From: Mobula hypostoma
Lineage: Eukaryota
Direction: 5' to 3'
Length of the DNA: 64,000 bases
Assembly (NCBI RefSeq): GCF_963921235.1
Contig: NC_086101.1
Span: 192,076,001 to 192,140,000 of the forward strand
Positions 62,032-64,000 of this stretch are shown piece after piece. A model generated the notes under the pieces. The model had not been told where the DNA came from. It did no database searches and saw nothing but the letters and a program-made list of their open reading frames with translations. Position numbers and translations under genes: made by a program. The first letter of the stretch is position 1; each line of letters opens with the position of its first letter.

Positions 62032-62560
62032 TGTCACAAGTGCAGGTACGGATGGACCCAAAAGCAGGACACAAACACGTTTTGTAGCATTAACACGAAT
62101 AGAGTTTATTAATCGTTACTAGGAAAGCAGGAAAGCAAGGATTGTTCAGAGGGAGATCAAGGAGTGGGCATAGCAGAAGCAGGAATAAGCGTTGGTAAGT
62201 CTCGGGACATTGGACTCGGGACTCAGAACATCAGAGACCGGAACCGAAACATCAGAGCCGAGACTCAGAACATCAGAGCCCGGACTCGGAACATCAGAGA
62301 CCGGACCCGAAACATCAGAGCCCAGACTCAGAACATCAGAGCCCGGACTCGGAACATCAGAGACCGGACCCGAAACATCAGGGCCCGGAGTCGGAACATC
62401 AGGGACCGGACTCGGAACATCAGGGATCGGACTTGGAACATCAGAGCCCGGACCCGAAACATCAGAGCCCAGACTCAGAACATCAGAGCCCGGACTCAGA
62501 ACATCAGAGCCCGGACTCAGAACATCAGAGACCGGACTCGGAACATCAGAGACCTTGCTT
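62032..62560 (-). mobile_element. LTR-like fragment containing a 21-bp tandem array
   Basis: Starts TGTCACA, with minus-strand AATAAA at about 62104-62109. Cuts the CR1 abruptly. Confidence 0.45.
62215..62552. repeat. 21-bp tandem repeat, unit approx. CGGACTCGGAACATCAGAGCC, about 16 copies
   Basis: Directly visible. It explains the low-complexity ORFs RTRNIRA, TSEPGLG and DVPSPGS. Confidence 0.93.
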
Positions 62561-64000
62561 CGGTGATGGAAAGCTGCCAGTGAGTGAGTGAGCCAGTGAA
62601 GGAGTGGAGCTTTGAGGCTTTGACTCGAGAGATTCTGGCAGTTTTGGCAGTTGGTCTGTGCAATCAAGTCAATCAAGATTTGAATAGATCAGCAGAAAGC
62701 TGTTGATTAGATAATCAAGATTTGAATAGCTCAGACTCAGCAGAAAGCAGCTGATTGGGCAGTCGAGGTCAGGTGACCAAACATTTTGAAAAGCTCAAAC
62801 AGATAAATAGAGGGATAGCTCAAGCGAAGCGGCCAGTGCATGAGTGGGCCAGTGAAGGAGTGGAGTTTTGAGGCTTTGACTCAAGAGGCTTCAACCAGAA
62901 GAGGCGGAGGACAAGCCAGCTCGCAGTTAGTTTTTACAATGTCCCCTGAGATGGTGGTGTGCCTCTCATGTGAGATGTGGCAGTCTTGGGGGAACTCCCC
63001 TCTCCCGCAGAGTCACATCTGCCAGAAGTGCATACGGCTGGGTGATCTGGAAGACCGTGTAAGGAATCTGGAGCAGCAGCTGGATGACCTTCGACTCATA
63101 AGGGAGAATGAGGCAGTCATAGATGGGAGCTACAGGGAGGTAGTCACACCTAGGCCGTCGGAAGCAGGTCGTTGGGTGACAGTCAGAGGGGGGAAAGTGA
63201 AGGTGAGCAGACAGGCAGTGCAGAGCACCCCTGTAGCCATTCCCCTGAATAATAAGTTTACCATGCTGGATACTGTTGGCGGGGACGACCGACCAGGTGT
63301 GAACCACGGTGGCAGGGCCTCCGGCACTGAGTCTGATCCGGTGGTGCAGAAGTGTGGGACGGAGAAGAGGAGAGCTGTCGTCATTGGAGACTCTATAGTC
63401 AGAGGAGCAGACAGGAGATTTTATGGACGTGAGAAGGACACCCGCATGGTTTGTTGCCTCCCGGGTGCCAGGGTCCGGGATGTCTCTGACCGGGTGCACG
63501 ACATCCTGGTACGAGAGGGAAAGCAACCAGAAGTCATGATACATGTTGGGACCAATGACACAGGCAGGAAGAGGGTTGAGGTCCTGAAATGTGAGTTTCA
63601 GGAATTAGGCAGAAGGCTGAAGAACAGGACCTCAAGGGTGACGCTCTCAGGATTGCTGCCAGTGCTACGTGACAGAGATGGTAAGAATTGGAGGAGATGG
63701 CAGTTGAATGCGTGGCTGAGGAGTTGGTGCAGGGAGCAGGGTTTTAGATTTTTAGATCATTGGGATCTCTACTGGGGAAGGTGGGACCTGTACAGATTGG
63801 ATGGGTTGCACCTGAACTCGAAGGGGAGCAATATCCTTGCAGGTAGGTTTGGTAGCATGGTTCAGGAGGGTTTAAGATAATTTGCGAGGGGGCTGGGACC
63901 CAGAGCGATAGAGCAGTGAAAGAAGTGCATGGAGTAAAGCCAGATCTAACATACAGAGAGGCTTTGAGGAAAGAGAAGCAGAATAAACGGTGTAAAGACA
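62560..64000 (+). mobile_element. 5' end of a potentially full-length CR1 (5' UTR and ORF1), continuing beyond the window
   Basis: Duplicated 5' UTR motif GCCAGTGAAGGAGTGGAG followed by an open ORF1. Confidence 0.88.
62939..63880 (+). CDS. Intact CR1 ORF1p: CxxC/CxxC zinc finger, coiled coil, SGNH-type esterase
   Basis: CLSC...CQKC, heptad LEDRVRNLEQQLDDLRL, VIGDS, HVGTND, DGLHLN. No stops. Confidence 0.88.
   Translation: MSPEMVVCLSCEMWQSWGNSPLPQSHICQKCIRLGDLEDRVRNLEQQLDDLRLIRENEAVIDGSYREVVTPRPSEAGRWVTVRGGKVKVSRQAVQSTPVAIPLNNKFTMLDTVGGDDRPGVNHGGRASGTESDPVVQKCGTEKRRAVVIGDSIVRGADRRFYGREKDTRMVCCLPGARVRDVSDRVHDILVREGKQPEVMIHVGTNDTGRKRVEVLKCEFQELGRRLKNRTSRVTLSGLLPVLRDRDGKNWRRWQLNAWLRSWCREQGFRFLDHWDLYWGRWDLYRLDGLHLNSKGSNILAGRFGSMVQEGLR

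Noticed and set aside
62146-62676. Repetitive ORFs (RTRNIRA, TSEPGLG, DVPSPGS) as a novel repeat protein
   Set aside because: They are a by-product of a 21-bp unit (multiple of 3) that is open in several frames on both strands. There is no splice or start context.

Overview
Eukaryotic (vertebrate) genomic DNA, by inference a cartilaginous fish, probably a ray (HE1/V-type SINEs, CR1 families with an esterase ORF1, Rex1/Babar, Penelope and Gypsy elements). The large majority of the window is nested, mostly decayed retroelement sequence, so nearly all short ORFs in the track are CR1, Gypsy or Rex1 fragments or their antisense frames. One host gene is supported on the + strand: a signal-peptide exon (29932-29992), a 26.6 kb retroelement-filled first intron, a Siglec-15-like V-set exon retaining the sialic-acid-binding Arg (56616-56999), and a second, different V-set exon (58715-59104). 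All three are phase-1 compatible. No transmembrane or cytoplasmic exons were recognised in the window. Other notable items: a decayed retrovirus-like gag-pro (3321-4680, minus), Penelope ends carrying minimal hammerhead ribozyme motifs, a three-copy tandem segmental amplification (about 9.6-27.2 kb), a Gypsy element carrying a CR1 that itself holds four further insertions, near-identical young CR1 copies in inverted orientation inside intron 1, a tRNA-SINE bracketed by inverted ends and an 8-bp TSD, a 40-bp-arm hairpin, and four tandem-repeat arrays (31, 58, 39 and 21 bp units). There is no evidence for prokaryotic features such as CRISPR. All coordinates and alignments were read by eye.
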